DNA from: Pseudobutyrivibrio sp.
GTDB taxonomy: Bacteria > Bacillota > Clostridia > Lachnospirales > Lachnospiraceae
Assembly: GCA_024684955.1 (NCBI GenBank)
Contig: JAIKWH010000023.1
Location: 12,624-76,623, forward strand
Direction of reading: 5' to 3'
DNA: 64,000 nt
Shown here piece after piece: positions 10,772 to 19,480 of this stretch. A program made the position numbers and the translations under genes. The notes under the pieces were generated by a model, which did not search any database, was not told where the DNA came from, and saw nothing but the letters and a program-made list of their open reading frames with translations. Numbering within the stretch: position 1 is the stretch's first letter; each line of letters opens with the position of its first letter.

Positions 10772-11719
10772 ATGGCTAGTACACAACAATTAGCAAAAGA
10801 ATATTTTGAAAAAGGCGAACAACAGATTTACAACAATGACGTGCAACCGGCATTGGATAATTTAAACCTGGCTCTATCAATATACGAAGAATTGGATGAC
10901 AAGAGGAATTATATCCTCTGCCTCAGATTAATTGCCATCGCATATAGCATCATGGGCTACAATTCTAGGATGCTTTCCAAATGTCTCATGGGAATCCAAT
11001 ACTGCGACACAAATCACATCAAAGGAGCCAAGCAGTTTTTTTACACCACCATCTGCAACCGCTACATGCTTTTAGGCGACTTTGATGGCGCCATAAATTA
11101 TGGTCTTATGGCAAAGCAAGACTTAGAGACCCACGGCAAAGAGTTTGATGTAGGCCCCCACGCCTACATGGTTGTTAACCTAAATCTTGCCTACTGTTAT
11201 ATTCACACCATGAAATACGCAGAAGCTGACGTCCATATTCAAAGAGCGGAAGCCATTGCCAAGAAAAACGACATGACAGAACATAATTTTTCTATTAATG
11301 TCATAAAGGCCAGGCTCCACTATTGTCAAGGTGACACCCAATATGTCTATGATCACCTAGGTGACCTTATGGTATTTGTAAAAGCAGCCACCCTGACCCT
11401 GCATGATTATGTTCAGGACCTGCAGATGCTTATTGAGACTTTCTGCCTCATGAAAGACTATGAAAAGGCTGAGGAAGTTGCCTATACTCTAGAGTTTTCT
11501 GCAGAAAGCAGTGGAAACCATCTCCTTAGACTAGAGGCAACCAAATTATACATGTACATCTACAAAAAGATGGCCAATCTGGAAAAATATCAAAGTGCCT
11601 GCGTAGCCTACGCAGAGTGCCATATGGATTACCTGGACAGCCAAGCCCAGGCTAGGCTCCGGGAGATGGACACTCAGATAGCTCTTTCCATCGCAGATAC
11701 GCCAACAGATTTGTTGTAA
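10772..11719 (+). CDS. TPR-like helical repeat protein
   Basis: Repeated helical motifs (ALDNLNLALSIYEEL, LGDFDGAINYG, NLAYCYIH); GGAGG RBS; no output domain. Confidence 0.7.
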   Translation: MASTQQLAKEYFEKGEQQIYNNDVQPALDNLNLALSIYEELDDKRNYILCLRLIAIAYSIMGYNSRMLSKCLMGIQYCDTNHIKGAKQFFYTTICNRYMLLGDFDGAINYGLMAKQDLETHGKEFDVGPHAYMVVNLNLAYCYIHTMKYAEADVHIQRAEAIAKKNDMTEHNFSINVIKARLHYCQGDTQYVYDHLGDLMVFVKAATLTLHDYVQDLQMLIETFCLMKDYEKAEEVAYTLEFSAESSGNHLLRLEATKLYMYIYKKMANLEKYQSACVAYAECHMDYLDSQAQARLREMDTQIALSIADTPTDLL

Positions 11720-11737
11720 TAAACTGAATCTAAAAAA

Positions 11738-11764
11738 TAAAGGGAAGCAAACGCTTCCCTTTTT
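11738..11764. terminator. Bidirectional terminator between convergent genes
   Basis: AAAGGGAAGC-AAAC-GCTTCCCTTT with A- and T-rich flanks. Confidence 0.85.
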
Positions 11765-11769
11765 GTTTT

Positions 11770-12981
11770 CTATTTCTCATCCACAACCTGAAACACTAAA
11801 AACTTGAGATAATATGAGTTCTCATCTGATGACCAAAGAATTGGATGGTCTGGCGCCTGGGTCCTGAATTCCACCTGACGAAGGCGCTTGTGGGCAGCCT
11901 GAGCCGCCTGCCCAATCACCTTGACGAACAGATCTTGAGTCATGAAATGTGAGCAGGAGCAAGTGGCAAAATAGCCTCCGTCTTTCACAAGTTTCATTCC
12001 CTTTATGTTGATTTCTCTGTAGCCCTTCATTGCATTTTTGGTGGCCTCCCTTGATTTTGTAAAGGCAGGAGGATCAAGGATTACCACGTCATATTTTTCG
12101 CCTGCTTCATTAAGTTTTGGAAGCTCATCCAAAACATTAGCCTGACGGAATTTTACTGTAGAATCAAGTCCGTTTAATTTTGCATTAGCCCTGGCCTGCT
12201 CTATTGCATATTCTGAGATATCAAGACCTGTTACCTCGCTGGCCCCACCGATACCTGCATTGAGGGCAAAAGTGCCCATGTGGGTGAAGCAGTCCAAAAC
12301 CTTTTTGTCCTTGCAAAGACGCTGGATAGCAAGACGGTTGTATTTCTGGTCAAGGAAAAATCCTGTCTTTTGACCATTTACAACGTCCACCATGTAGTGG
12401 ACTCCATTCTCTACAATCTCTACATTGGTATCAAACTCATCACCAATGAATCCTTTGTACGGAGCAAGACCTTCCTTCTTTCTCACAGAAGCATCACTTC
12501 GCTCATAGACTCCACGAATCTTAAAGCCATCCTTAGTTAGAAGTTCTTTCAAAATATCTATTATCAATTCTTTGAATTTATCAATTCCAAGTGCCAAGGA
12601 TTCCACTACCAGCACATCATTATATTTATCAACCACGAGGCCTGGCAAAAAATCAGCCTCACCAAAAATGATTCTGCAACAATTCAAGTCCACTGGAAGC
12701 AGGACTCTTTTTCTATACTCCCAGGCATTTTCCACTCTCATTTTGATAAATGCTTCGTCAATTTCCTGGTCCTTTTTGCGGGACATCATGCGAATTCTTA
12801 TCTTGGAATTATCGTTAATAAAACCCCTACCCATGACATATCCATCAAAGTCATGAACAAGGACAATATCCCCATTCTCATAAGAGCCCACGATAGTATC
12901 AATTTCATTATCAAATATCCAGGCACCCCCGGATTTTATTGTTCTGCCCTCTCCTTTTTTTAGTGTTACAATTGCTGACAT
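11770..12981 (-). CDS. RlmI/RlmK-family SAM-dependent rRNA methyltransferase
   Basis: N-terminal PUA-like domain, GEADFLPGLVVDKY, GQKTGFFLDQ, LDCFTHMGTF, ILDPPAF, TCSCS. Confidence 0.9.
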   Translation of the reverse strand: MSAIVTLKKGEGRTIKSGGAWIFDNEIDTIVGSYENGDIVLVHDFDGYVMGRGFINDNSKIRIRMMSRKKDQEIDEAFIKMRVENAWEYRKRVLLPVDLNCCRIIFGEADFLPGLVVDKYNDVLVVESLALGIDKFKELIIDILKELLTKDGFKIRGVYERSDASVRKKEGLAPYKGFIGDEFDTNVEIVENGVHYMVDVVNGQKTGFFLDQKYNRLAIQRLCKDKKVLDCFTHMGTFALNAGIGGASEVTGLDISEYAIEQARANAKLNGLDSTVKFRQANVLDELPKLNEAGEKYDVVILDPPAFTKSREATKNAMKGYREINIKGMKLVKDGGYFATCSCSHFMTQDLFVKVIGQAAQAAHKRLRQVEFRTQAPDHPILWSSDENSYYLKFLVFQVVDEK

Positions 12982-13185
12982 TTTACACCTCTAACATTTC
13001 TATTATTTCATTCAACCAAATATAACAGGATTATCTACTGTATATCCCCGCTTAGTCTATTGATTTCTGTTCTTAATCCCCTTCATCATACCACACAACA
13101 TTAAGATACTTGAATATACATCATTTATATTTATATCTAGGAATGTCAATGTCAATGCAAGTAAAGCAAAAAATACCCCCCACAA

Positions 13186-13530
13186 TTAATCATTGTTGTT
13201 CGTTAATAAATACAATACTTTAGAAATATCATTGTTATACATTTCTGACTCTGTGAAAAAGTGCAATGGTATCATTGCTTTTTTCAGTTCATCCATCCAC
13301 ATCCAATATTTTGACTCACATCCAGGAATAAAAGCAATCATCTTATATTGCTGTTTTAAGAGTTCTTCAATATCGCCAAATGTATCATCTAATTCCATCT
13401 CTATTCCAAAATCGTTTAGTTTTTGGTTTGCACTTTGAACAAATTTTTTGTATTTCTTTTTATTGAACATAGATACTATTGGCACACCAAAGTAATGTGG
13501 ATAGGTCCAAATAAGAAGTATTCTTTCCAT
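13186..13530 (-). CDS. Hypothetical protein (114 aa), possibly PTS EIIB-like alpha/beta fold
   Basis: AT-rich ORF with a GAGGGTG RBS; beta-alpha pattern ILLIW...MIAFIPG...PLHFF. The fold is my inference. Confidence 0.6.
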   Translation of the reverse strand: MERILLIWTYPHYFGVPIVSMFNKKKYKKFVQSANQKLNDFGIEMELDDTFGDIEELLKQQYKMIAFIPGCESKYWMWMDELKKAMIPLHFFTESEMYNNDISKVLYLLTNNND

Positions 13531-13663
13531 ATGTTATCACCCCTCTTTCTTAACCAAAACCATACTGTGTTTATTATTGAAAATCAATCGAGATATGATA
13601 TTCGGTTAAAATAAGTGGTATTTGGTACAGATATGTTTAAAGAAATGATATATCAAAAATAGA

Positions 13664-13742
13664 TATTTGAGGGGAAAGTCATCCCTACCCCCTCAAATAA
13701 AAAGATAAAAAAAAAGGCCGGGCACAAATAAGTGCCCGGCCT
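13664..13742 (-). terminator. Two hairpins downstream of the trx/ohrR operon
   Basis: AGGCCGGGCAC/GTGCCCGGCCT (13715-13742) with a T-run on the minus strand, and TATTTGAGGGG/CCCCTCAAATA (13664-13699). Confidence 0.8.
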
Positions 13743-13770
13743 CACATTTTAAAGTGACTTTGGTCATCTT

Positions 13771-14214
13771 TTATTCTTCTATCTCTAGGCTGCCAAGAAT
13801 CTTATACAAAATCTCGTATAATTTTTTGGTGTCATCTGGGGAAAGCTGTACGCATTTTCCCATCTGGCCAGGAATATCTGATGCTGCATTCCTCAGGTCC
13901 TCGCCATCCTTTGTCAGGGTGATGATAAGGTTTCTCTCGTCATCCTTTGAACGGCTTCTCTTGACATAGCCCTTCTGCTCCAATTTTTTGAGAACAGGGG
14001 TGAGGGTACCAGAATCCAGGAATAGTTTCTTGCCTAATTCCTTAACTGTTATTTCCTTTTCCTCCCAAACAACCATCATTGTAATGTACTGGGTGTAGGT
14101 AAGGTCCAAAGGATCAAGATAAGGTTTGTAGCGCTTTACAATTTCTTTTGAGCATGCGTAAAGCGGAAAACATATCTGATTTTGAATTTTTAAGCAATCA
14201 AATTTATCAGCCAT
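13771..14214 (-). CDS. ohrR: MarR-family regulator, OhrR-like
   Basis: NQICFPLYA (redox-sensing Cys), LDLTYTQY, LDSGTLTPVLKKLEQKG, RSKDDER. True start is MADKF at 14214 behind a GAGG RBS. Confidence 0.8.
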   Translation of the reverse strand: MADKFDCLKIQNQICFPLYACSKEIVKRYKPYLDPLDLTYTQYITMMVVWEEKEITVKELGKKLFLDSGTLTPVLKKLEQKGYVKRSRSKDDERNLIITLTKDGEDLRNAASDIPGQMGKCVQLSPDDTKKLYEILYKILGSLEIEE

Positions 14215-14227
14215 GACCCACCTCGGA

Positions 14228-14539
14228 TTAAAGATTCTTGTTGATGAAATCAGCAAGTGCTGGCTTTGGAACAAAACCAACATTCATATCAACTTTTTGA
14301 CCATCCTTTAAAAGAACAACTGCAGGGATATTCATGATACCAAACTGGCTGGCAAGCTCTGGATTTTCATCTGTATCTACTGCATAAAAGTTTACCTTGC
14401 CTGCCATATCCTCTGAAAGTTCCTCAAGTACAGGTGCAAGCATCTTGCATGGTCCACACCATGTTGCATTAAAGTCAATTACTGAAACTCCTGACTTGTC
14501 CATAGAATTGAATTCGTTCTGATTAATTTTCTTTACCAT
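14228..14539 (-). CDS. trxA: Thioredoxin
   Basis: DFNATWCGPCK active site, cis-Pro IP motif, 103 aa. Confidence 0.95.
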   Translation of the reverse strand: MVKKINQNEFNSMDKSGVSVIDFNATWCGPCKMLAPVLEELSEDMAGKVNFYAVDTDENPELASQFGIMNIPAVVLLKDGQKVDMNVGFVPKPALADFINKNL

Positions 14540-14562
14540 AATTTACTCCTTTTCTCAATAAT

Positions 14563-15429
14563 TTATTTCTTTGCTAACTCTGCTAAATAACTTACTGCTG
14601 AAAGTGCGGCTACGTTGCCCTCTCCAGCCGCCTTGATGTACTGGTATGGGGTGCCGGTAATATCGCCGCAAGCATAAAGGCCTGCAATATTTGTGGCCAT
14701 GTTTCTATCAACTGCCACATGGTTGCCATCCATTGTAAGTCCTGGGACCAACTGAGAAGGTGCAACCTGCGCTCTTAGAATAAAGATACCATCTGCACTG
14801 TATGTGTCAACATCTGTTTTTAAAACAGCCTGTCCATCTGTCATCTCGATTGACTGTGGCTTAACCTTTGGGACAACTGTAATGTTGCCACCCAGGCTTC
14901 CATTATAATCATATTGAGGCAAATATGTAACTGATGCTGCTCTCTCTGCCAAAAACTCTGCCTCTTCCTCATCCTCTGGGCTGTAGGCTACAATTGTGGC
15001 TGTACGTCCCTTGTAAAGGGCTGCATCACATGTAGCACAGTAACTAACGCCTCGGCCTAGGTTTTCCATCTCCCCTGGGAATGGTTTCATAGCAGACATA
15101 CCTGCTGCCAGGATAACTGACTTTGCCTCATAGTCTCCGCCGTGGCACTGGAGTGCAAAATAGTCTCCCATAGAATAAACTGCATTTACCTTGTCATCTG
15201 TTATCTCAACGCCCATCTCTTTGGCGTGATCCAGGAATGCCTTTGACATATCCTGACCTGTTACATTAGGAAGACCTAAGTAATTTTGAATCTGATGAGC
15301 CTTTGAAACCTTATCAGAAGATGTCTTTTGCCCTAATAATAAAACTGTTTTATTTCTAACCTTGGCGGTGATGGCGGCCTCTAGACCAGCAGGTCCAGTA
15401 CCGATAACTGCAATATCAAATCTTTCCAT
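14563..15429 (-). CDS. Thioredoxin reductase-like flavoprotein
   Basis: GTGPAG FAD-binding motif, GRGVSYCATCD, TNIAGLYACGD; lacks the GGGxxA NADPH motif. Confidence 0.88.
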   Translation of the reverse strand: MERFDIAVIGTGPAGLEAAITAKVRNKTVLLLGQKTSSDKVSKAHQIQNYLGLPNVTGQDMSKAFLDHAKEMGVEITDDKVNAVYSMGDYFALQCHGGDYEAKSVILAAGMSAMKPFPGEMENLGRGVSYCATCDAALYKGRTATIVAYSPEDEEEAEFLAERAASVTYLPQYDYNGSLGGNITVVPKVKPQSIEMTDGQAVLKTDVDTYSADGIFILRAQVAPSQLVPGLTMDGNHVAVDRNMATNIAGLYACGDITGTPYQYIKAAGEGNVAALSAVSYLAELAKK

Positions 15430-15455
15430 ATTACTACCTCACATTTCAAAACTTA

Positions 15456-15509
15456 CGATTAAATTGTGTTCAATCGATTAATGTAATTGGATTGTACACA
15501 ATTAAATCG
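15456..15509. promoter_or_regulatory. Candidate OhrR/MarR operator (20-bp inverted repeat)
   Basis: CGATTAAATTGTGTTCAATC (15456-15475) and GATTGTACACAATTAAATCG (15490-15509) are reverse complements at 18/20 positions. They contain ACAATT/AATTGT half-sites like the Bacillus OhrR box. Confidence 0.65.
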
Positions 15510-15550
15510 CCCCTGTCAACACCCTAACTACGAAAAATTTGTGAAAGAAA

Positions 15551-15602
15551 AAAAGCCGACTCAGACGAACCAAATAAATTGGTTGTCCTAAGGTCGGCTT
15601 TT
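15551..15602 (-). terminator. Terminator after the flagellin-like gene
   Basis: AAAAGCCGAC...GTCGGCTTTT stem flanked by A/T runs. Confidence 0.75.
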
Positions 15603-15616
15603 GTTATCAAAATATA

Positions 15617-16420
15617 TTATTGCATCAGTCTGTTGACTAATGATTCCTGGCTATCCATTTGATTTTTCATAGCCATATTCTGAGCGGCACCTACCACTCC
15701 TGCAGATTTGTATCTAGTAACTGATTCGTTCATTTCTGCGTCTACTTTTCTAGAGATAGCCGCAGTCACATTCTCCTCTGTGTTGAGATTTGAATTGTAG
15801 GCATGCTCAAATCCATTGACCTCAGCGCCCAGTTTGCTCCTCATGGCAGAGAGATTAGAATATGCCGAATCAATTGATTCCTTTGTGATATTGTCAGGAT
15901 TTCCTGATATATCAAAATTTTCCAATCCTGCCATGGCTGCCTTTGCATCCATCTCAGAAATCTGTGAAGATGATGAGCCTGTAAAGATATTGATATCTCC
16001 TGCACTACCATCTAAAAGTTTCTTTTCATTATAAGTAGCCTGATTAATTGAAGACTTTATTGTCTCCACACTGGCCTCATTGGCTGTCTGGAGAATCTGC
16101 CTGTCGCTTTCTGAATAAAGTCCATTCATTGCCCTGACAGTATTTTCCTCAATATCTCCAAGAGAATCCGCAATACTAGCCATTGCACCATCAGCAATAT
16201 TTGCTGCATTGATTCCATATGAAATATTGTTTGAGCCAGCTCTTAAAGTCTTTGCTTCTTTGAGAAGCTTTTCAGAAATAGAAAGGGCTACCGCATCATC
16301 AGCAGCTGTATTAACCTTTTTGCCTGTGGCAAGTTCTCTTGCTGCCTTAGAGTGCTTAGCCTCTGTTACGTTCATCTGATTAGCAAAGTGCTTTGTCTGT
16401 AAATTCGATTGAATTTTCAT
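15617..16420 (-). CDS. Short, divergent flagellin-family protein
   Basis: LATGKKVNTAADDAVALSISEK, IADGAM, YNEKKLLDGS, RSKLGAEVN, ENVTAAISRKVDAEM; flagellin N- and C-terminal domains with a minimal variable region. Confidence 0.85.
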   Translation of the reverse strand: MKIQSNLQTKHFANQMNVTEAKHSKAARELATGKKVNTAADDAVALSISEKLLKEAKTLRAGSNNISYGINAANIADGAMASIADSLGDIEENTVRAMNGLYSESDRQILQTANEASVETIKSSINQATYNEKKLLDGSAGDINIFTGSSSSQISEMDAKAAMAGLENFDISGNPDNITKESIDSAYSNLSAMRSKLGAEVNGFEHAYNSNLNTEENVTAAISRKVDAEMNESVTRYKSAGVVGAAQNMAMKNQMDSQESLVNRLMQ

Positions 16421-16523
16421 ACTACATCCTCCAATTCTTTACAAACGTTATATAAACAAAATAATATCCAAATTTCATTAAAATTATAACACTAATCAGA
16501 CCATTTGTCATTCTATTAATTTG

Positions 16524-16865
16524 TTATTCGATTTCTATGCTCTTTACCAAAAAATCGGTGTTGCGATTGAGTTTGAGATTTTCACTGCCACACTTTGGGC
16601 ATGTACCATCAAACTCGTGGCGGGTAAATTCTGCTCCGCAGTCCCTGCAAAGCACCTTTGAAGGCAAGTATTTTGCCTCCACCTTTACCCCATCTAATAA
16701 TCCATCATCTCCCATGACCTGGAGATACTCTGCAATGATCTCTGGGACATAGTCACTTTGGTCTCCCATCTCCAGCAAAATCTTGCGTACTTTAGTGGCC
16801 TTGTTTGCCTCAGCCTGTTTTCTCACTAGATTATATACATATTCAGTAACAGCTAATTCGTGCAT
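16524..16865 (-). CDS. hypA: Nickel metallochaperone HypA
   Basis: N-terminal MHE nickel motif, CRDC...CPKCGS zinc finger, VKSIEIE C-terminus. Confidence 0.9.
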   Translation of the reverse strand: MHELAVTEYVYNLVRKQAEANKATKVRKILLEMGDQSDYVPEIIAEYLQVMGDDGLLDGVKVEAKYLPSKVLCRDCGAEFTRHEFDGTCPKCGSENLKLNRNTDFLVKSIEIE

Positions 16866-16908
16866 AATTCTCCTTAATAGTAACTACTAATAGGTAGAAA
16901 GTTAGAAC

Positions 16909-18285
16909 CTATTGCATATATGGATATGCAGGAAGTTCATAATCCATAGGATTCTTTAGGGCATCCTCCTCAATTAATTCCAGCATATAGCCTGCAATTA
17001 CAGGGTCAAACTGGATGCCGCTCTTGTCTCGGAGTTCTCTCTTAATATAATCAATGTCCATGGCGGGCCTGTATACTCTTGCGGAACTCATGGCGTCAAA
17101 GGCATCTGCCACGCAGATGATTCTGGCCTCCAGAGGAATCTTGTCTCCAGCAAGACCTATAGGATAGCCCTTGCCATTGTACCATTCATGGTGGAACATG
17201 GCTGCAGACTTGGCTGTTTTAATAGTGCTAAGGGACTTGAGCATCCTGCCACCTGTAGTGGTATGACTCTTGATGATCTCGTATTCCTTGCCACTTAACA
17301 CTCCCGGCTTTCTGAGAATCTCATCGGAAATACCAATCTTTCCAACATCATGGAGAATACCGTCATAGTAAATTTCCATGCACTCATCTGTGGTCAGTCC
17401 CATCTTCTCTGCCAGTTTCATAGAATAAAAGGCAACTCTGCTGGAATGGCCGGCTGTATAGGTATCTTTGGCGTCAATGAAAGAGACAAATACTTTCATC
17501 AACTCGTTGAGCCTTTTTTGGTCCCTGTCCCACTCGGTTTTCATCCTGCGTCTTCTATATAAATAACCAAGTTCGAAGAACAAAAAGAGGAACCATACAC
17601 CAGCGCCGACAAGTAAGATAACAAAACCTGTTTGGCTGACAAGGGGAGTGACAATTACATAATCTATTGTGCCATTAAATGACTGGATATCTAATTCATC
17701 AAAATAGAAAATACCACCGACTGTTACGGTGCCCCTGCCATTATTAGCATTATAAATAGGATATTCTCCAATCTCCTCTGATGGATAATAAACAAGGTAA
17801 TCTCCTATGTTTAACTCTATCATTATATTTTCATCACCAGTAATCTGGCGTAATTCAATATCATCCTGACTAATGTCTCTAAAATCTATAGTTTGGATAT
17901 TTTCCTTGGAGCCTTGGAACTGATGAATTTCCACAATGCCATTCCAAAAATTGTTGAGATACATCTTTCCTGGAATATCAATTCTCATACCCCAGTGCTT
18001 AACATTTCCCTTGGAGTAATTGCCGATAGAAAAATCTACACCCTCTCCAGTAAATCGCATTGTCTCATTGCCTTCCTCATCCAGAATGCCGTGAGTCCAA
18101 CTTGCCCCGTTTTGGGTAATTTTCAGGGAGAGAACCGACCGATTGCTTTCATGATTTTTTGCCGTGGCAAAAGTCATGGTCCTGTTTCTGTTATTATCTT
18201 TTTGGTGAGCAATAACAGATGTGCCAATGGCAAGAGAAAGAAATATAAAAGAGATTAAAAGTATAAATCGTCTAAGTTTTACCAT
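16909..18285 (-). CDS. Membrane-anchored HD-GYP phosphodiesterase with an extracellular domain
   Basis: N-terminal TM, beta-rich extracellular domain, second TM; DAKDTYTAGHS, LHDVGKI, HHEWYNGKGYP, VADAFDAM. Confidence 0.9.
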   Translation of the reverse strand: MVKLRRFILLISFIFLSLAIGTSVIAHQKDNNRNRTMTFATAKNHESNRSVLSLKITQNGASWTHGILDEEGNETMRFTGEGVDFSIGNYSKGNVKHWGMRIDIPGKMYLNNFWNGIVEIHQFQGSKENIQTIDFRDISQDDIELRQITGDENIMIELNIGDYLVYYPSEEIGEYPIYNANNGRGTVTVGGIFYFDELDIQSFNGTIDYVIVTPLVSQTGFVILLVGAGVWFLFLFFELGYLYRRRRMKTEWDRDQKRLNELMKVFVSFIDAKDTYTAGHSSRVAFYSMKLAEKMGLTTDECMEIYYDGILHDVGKIGISDEILRKPGVLSGKEYEIIKSHTTTGGRMLKSLSTIKTAKSAAMFHHEWYNGKGYPIGLAGDKIPLEARIICVADAFDAMSSARVYRPAMDIDYIKRELRDKSGIQFDPVIAGYMLELIEEDALKNPMDYELPAYPYMQ

Positions 18286-18555
18286 TTAAGTCTTGTTTTC
18301 CTTTTTAAATTTTCCTGAATTTGAAGGAGTATAATAATACTCTATTCCTATTTTAACAGAAAGATGTATCAAGTGGCAGAGCAAATTCCTTAAAATGTCT
18401 GAATTTTTTCTGAAAACTTCTTTATTTTCGTACTGGATTCTGATATTATATTGTTATAAGTATGACTAAATATGTAATAATACTTTTATGTAATAACATT
18501 TTCAACATTTGCAAATACAAAAATATCATGATAGCTCCAAGGAAGGAGGAAAGCC

Positions 18556-19242
18556 ATGATTATCAATTCATCTACATATACCAATTTTGCAGTTGCTGAG
18601 TCTGAGTCAAGGATTGCTGTCTCAGTTAACGAAAAATCAAAAGAGGCTCTTGAAAGCACTAGCAAGAAGCCAATTCAAAATCCCGAGAATATCCGCTCTA
18701 TCTCATCTGATGGGGATACTTTATCTGTATCAGACCAGAGTCAGGAGCGAGAATCCCTAGGTTACGTCACTGACACATCGAGCAATCTTTCCCAGTCAAA
18801 AAGCGAAAGTGAATATTCTAATTACGCTGGTGTTACCGACAAGGAATTGGAGGACATGTACCTCCAGGGAGATATTACAAAAATCGAATATGACAAAGAG
18901 ATGCTAGTCAGAACAGAGGCAAATGCCAGCCCTGACAAAGAGGATAAGGTCACCCTCATCTCCCAAGACAAGGACAGTGAAAAGACTGAGACAGAAAAAG
19001 AGGATATTAATCAGACTAGCCCTCAAAAGTCCACGGAAGAAGCAGACACTGCAAAGCATGAGCCTGCCAAAGCCTATGAGCCAGTAGATATGGACTACAG
19101 TACATTAGAAAAAATGGAAAGACTTGATTATACAAACACCATTAACGAAAAGATTAACAAAGCCACAGAAGATCCAGAAGAGACCAGATTCAACTATCAG
19201 ATCACTTCAAATGTAACTGACGTGATGCGTGACTTGGTTTAA
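18556..19242 (+). CDS. Hypothetical acidic, low-complexity protein
   Basis: Strong AGGAGG RBS, downstream terminator; Ser/Glu/Thr-rich. Confidence 0.75.
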   Translation: MIINSSTYTNFAVAESESRIAVSVNEKSKEALESTSKKPIQNPENIRSISSDGDTLSVSDQSQERESLGYVTDTSSNLSQSKSESEYSNYAGVTDKELEDMYLQGDITKIEYDKEMLVRTEANASPDKEDKVTLISQDKDSEKTETEKEDINQTSPQKSTEEADTAKHEPAKAYEPVDMDYSTLEKMERLDYTNTINEKINKATEDPEETRFNYQITSNVTDVMRDLV

Positions 19243-19260
19243 AAACCACTTTAAAACATT

Positions 19261-19290
19261 AATGGAGCCCGAGTTATGGGGCTCCATTTT
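19261..19290 (+). terminator. Rho-independent terminator
   Basis: AATGGAGCCC/GGGCTCCATT stem followed by Ts. Confidence 0.85.
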
Positions 19291-19480
19291 ATTTACATTT
19301 TTTATTTAATTTCAGCTATATATTTTAATGAAAATCTCAGCCATAAATCACTCGTGGCGAAGCCCTCAAAAGTGCCTAAAATGCGGATGAGAGAAGTGTT
19401 TGTGAACAGTCCAAATTTATCATAATTTGGTCACAAGTAGTATATAGAATGACCTAAAGTTTTATCAAAAGGAGTGTTCT

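Noticed and set aside
14215-14283. N-terminal extension of the MarR ORF given in the ORF track
   Set aside because: It overlaps trxA; the RBS and family length support the ATG at 14214.
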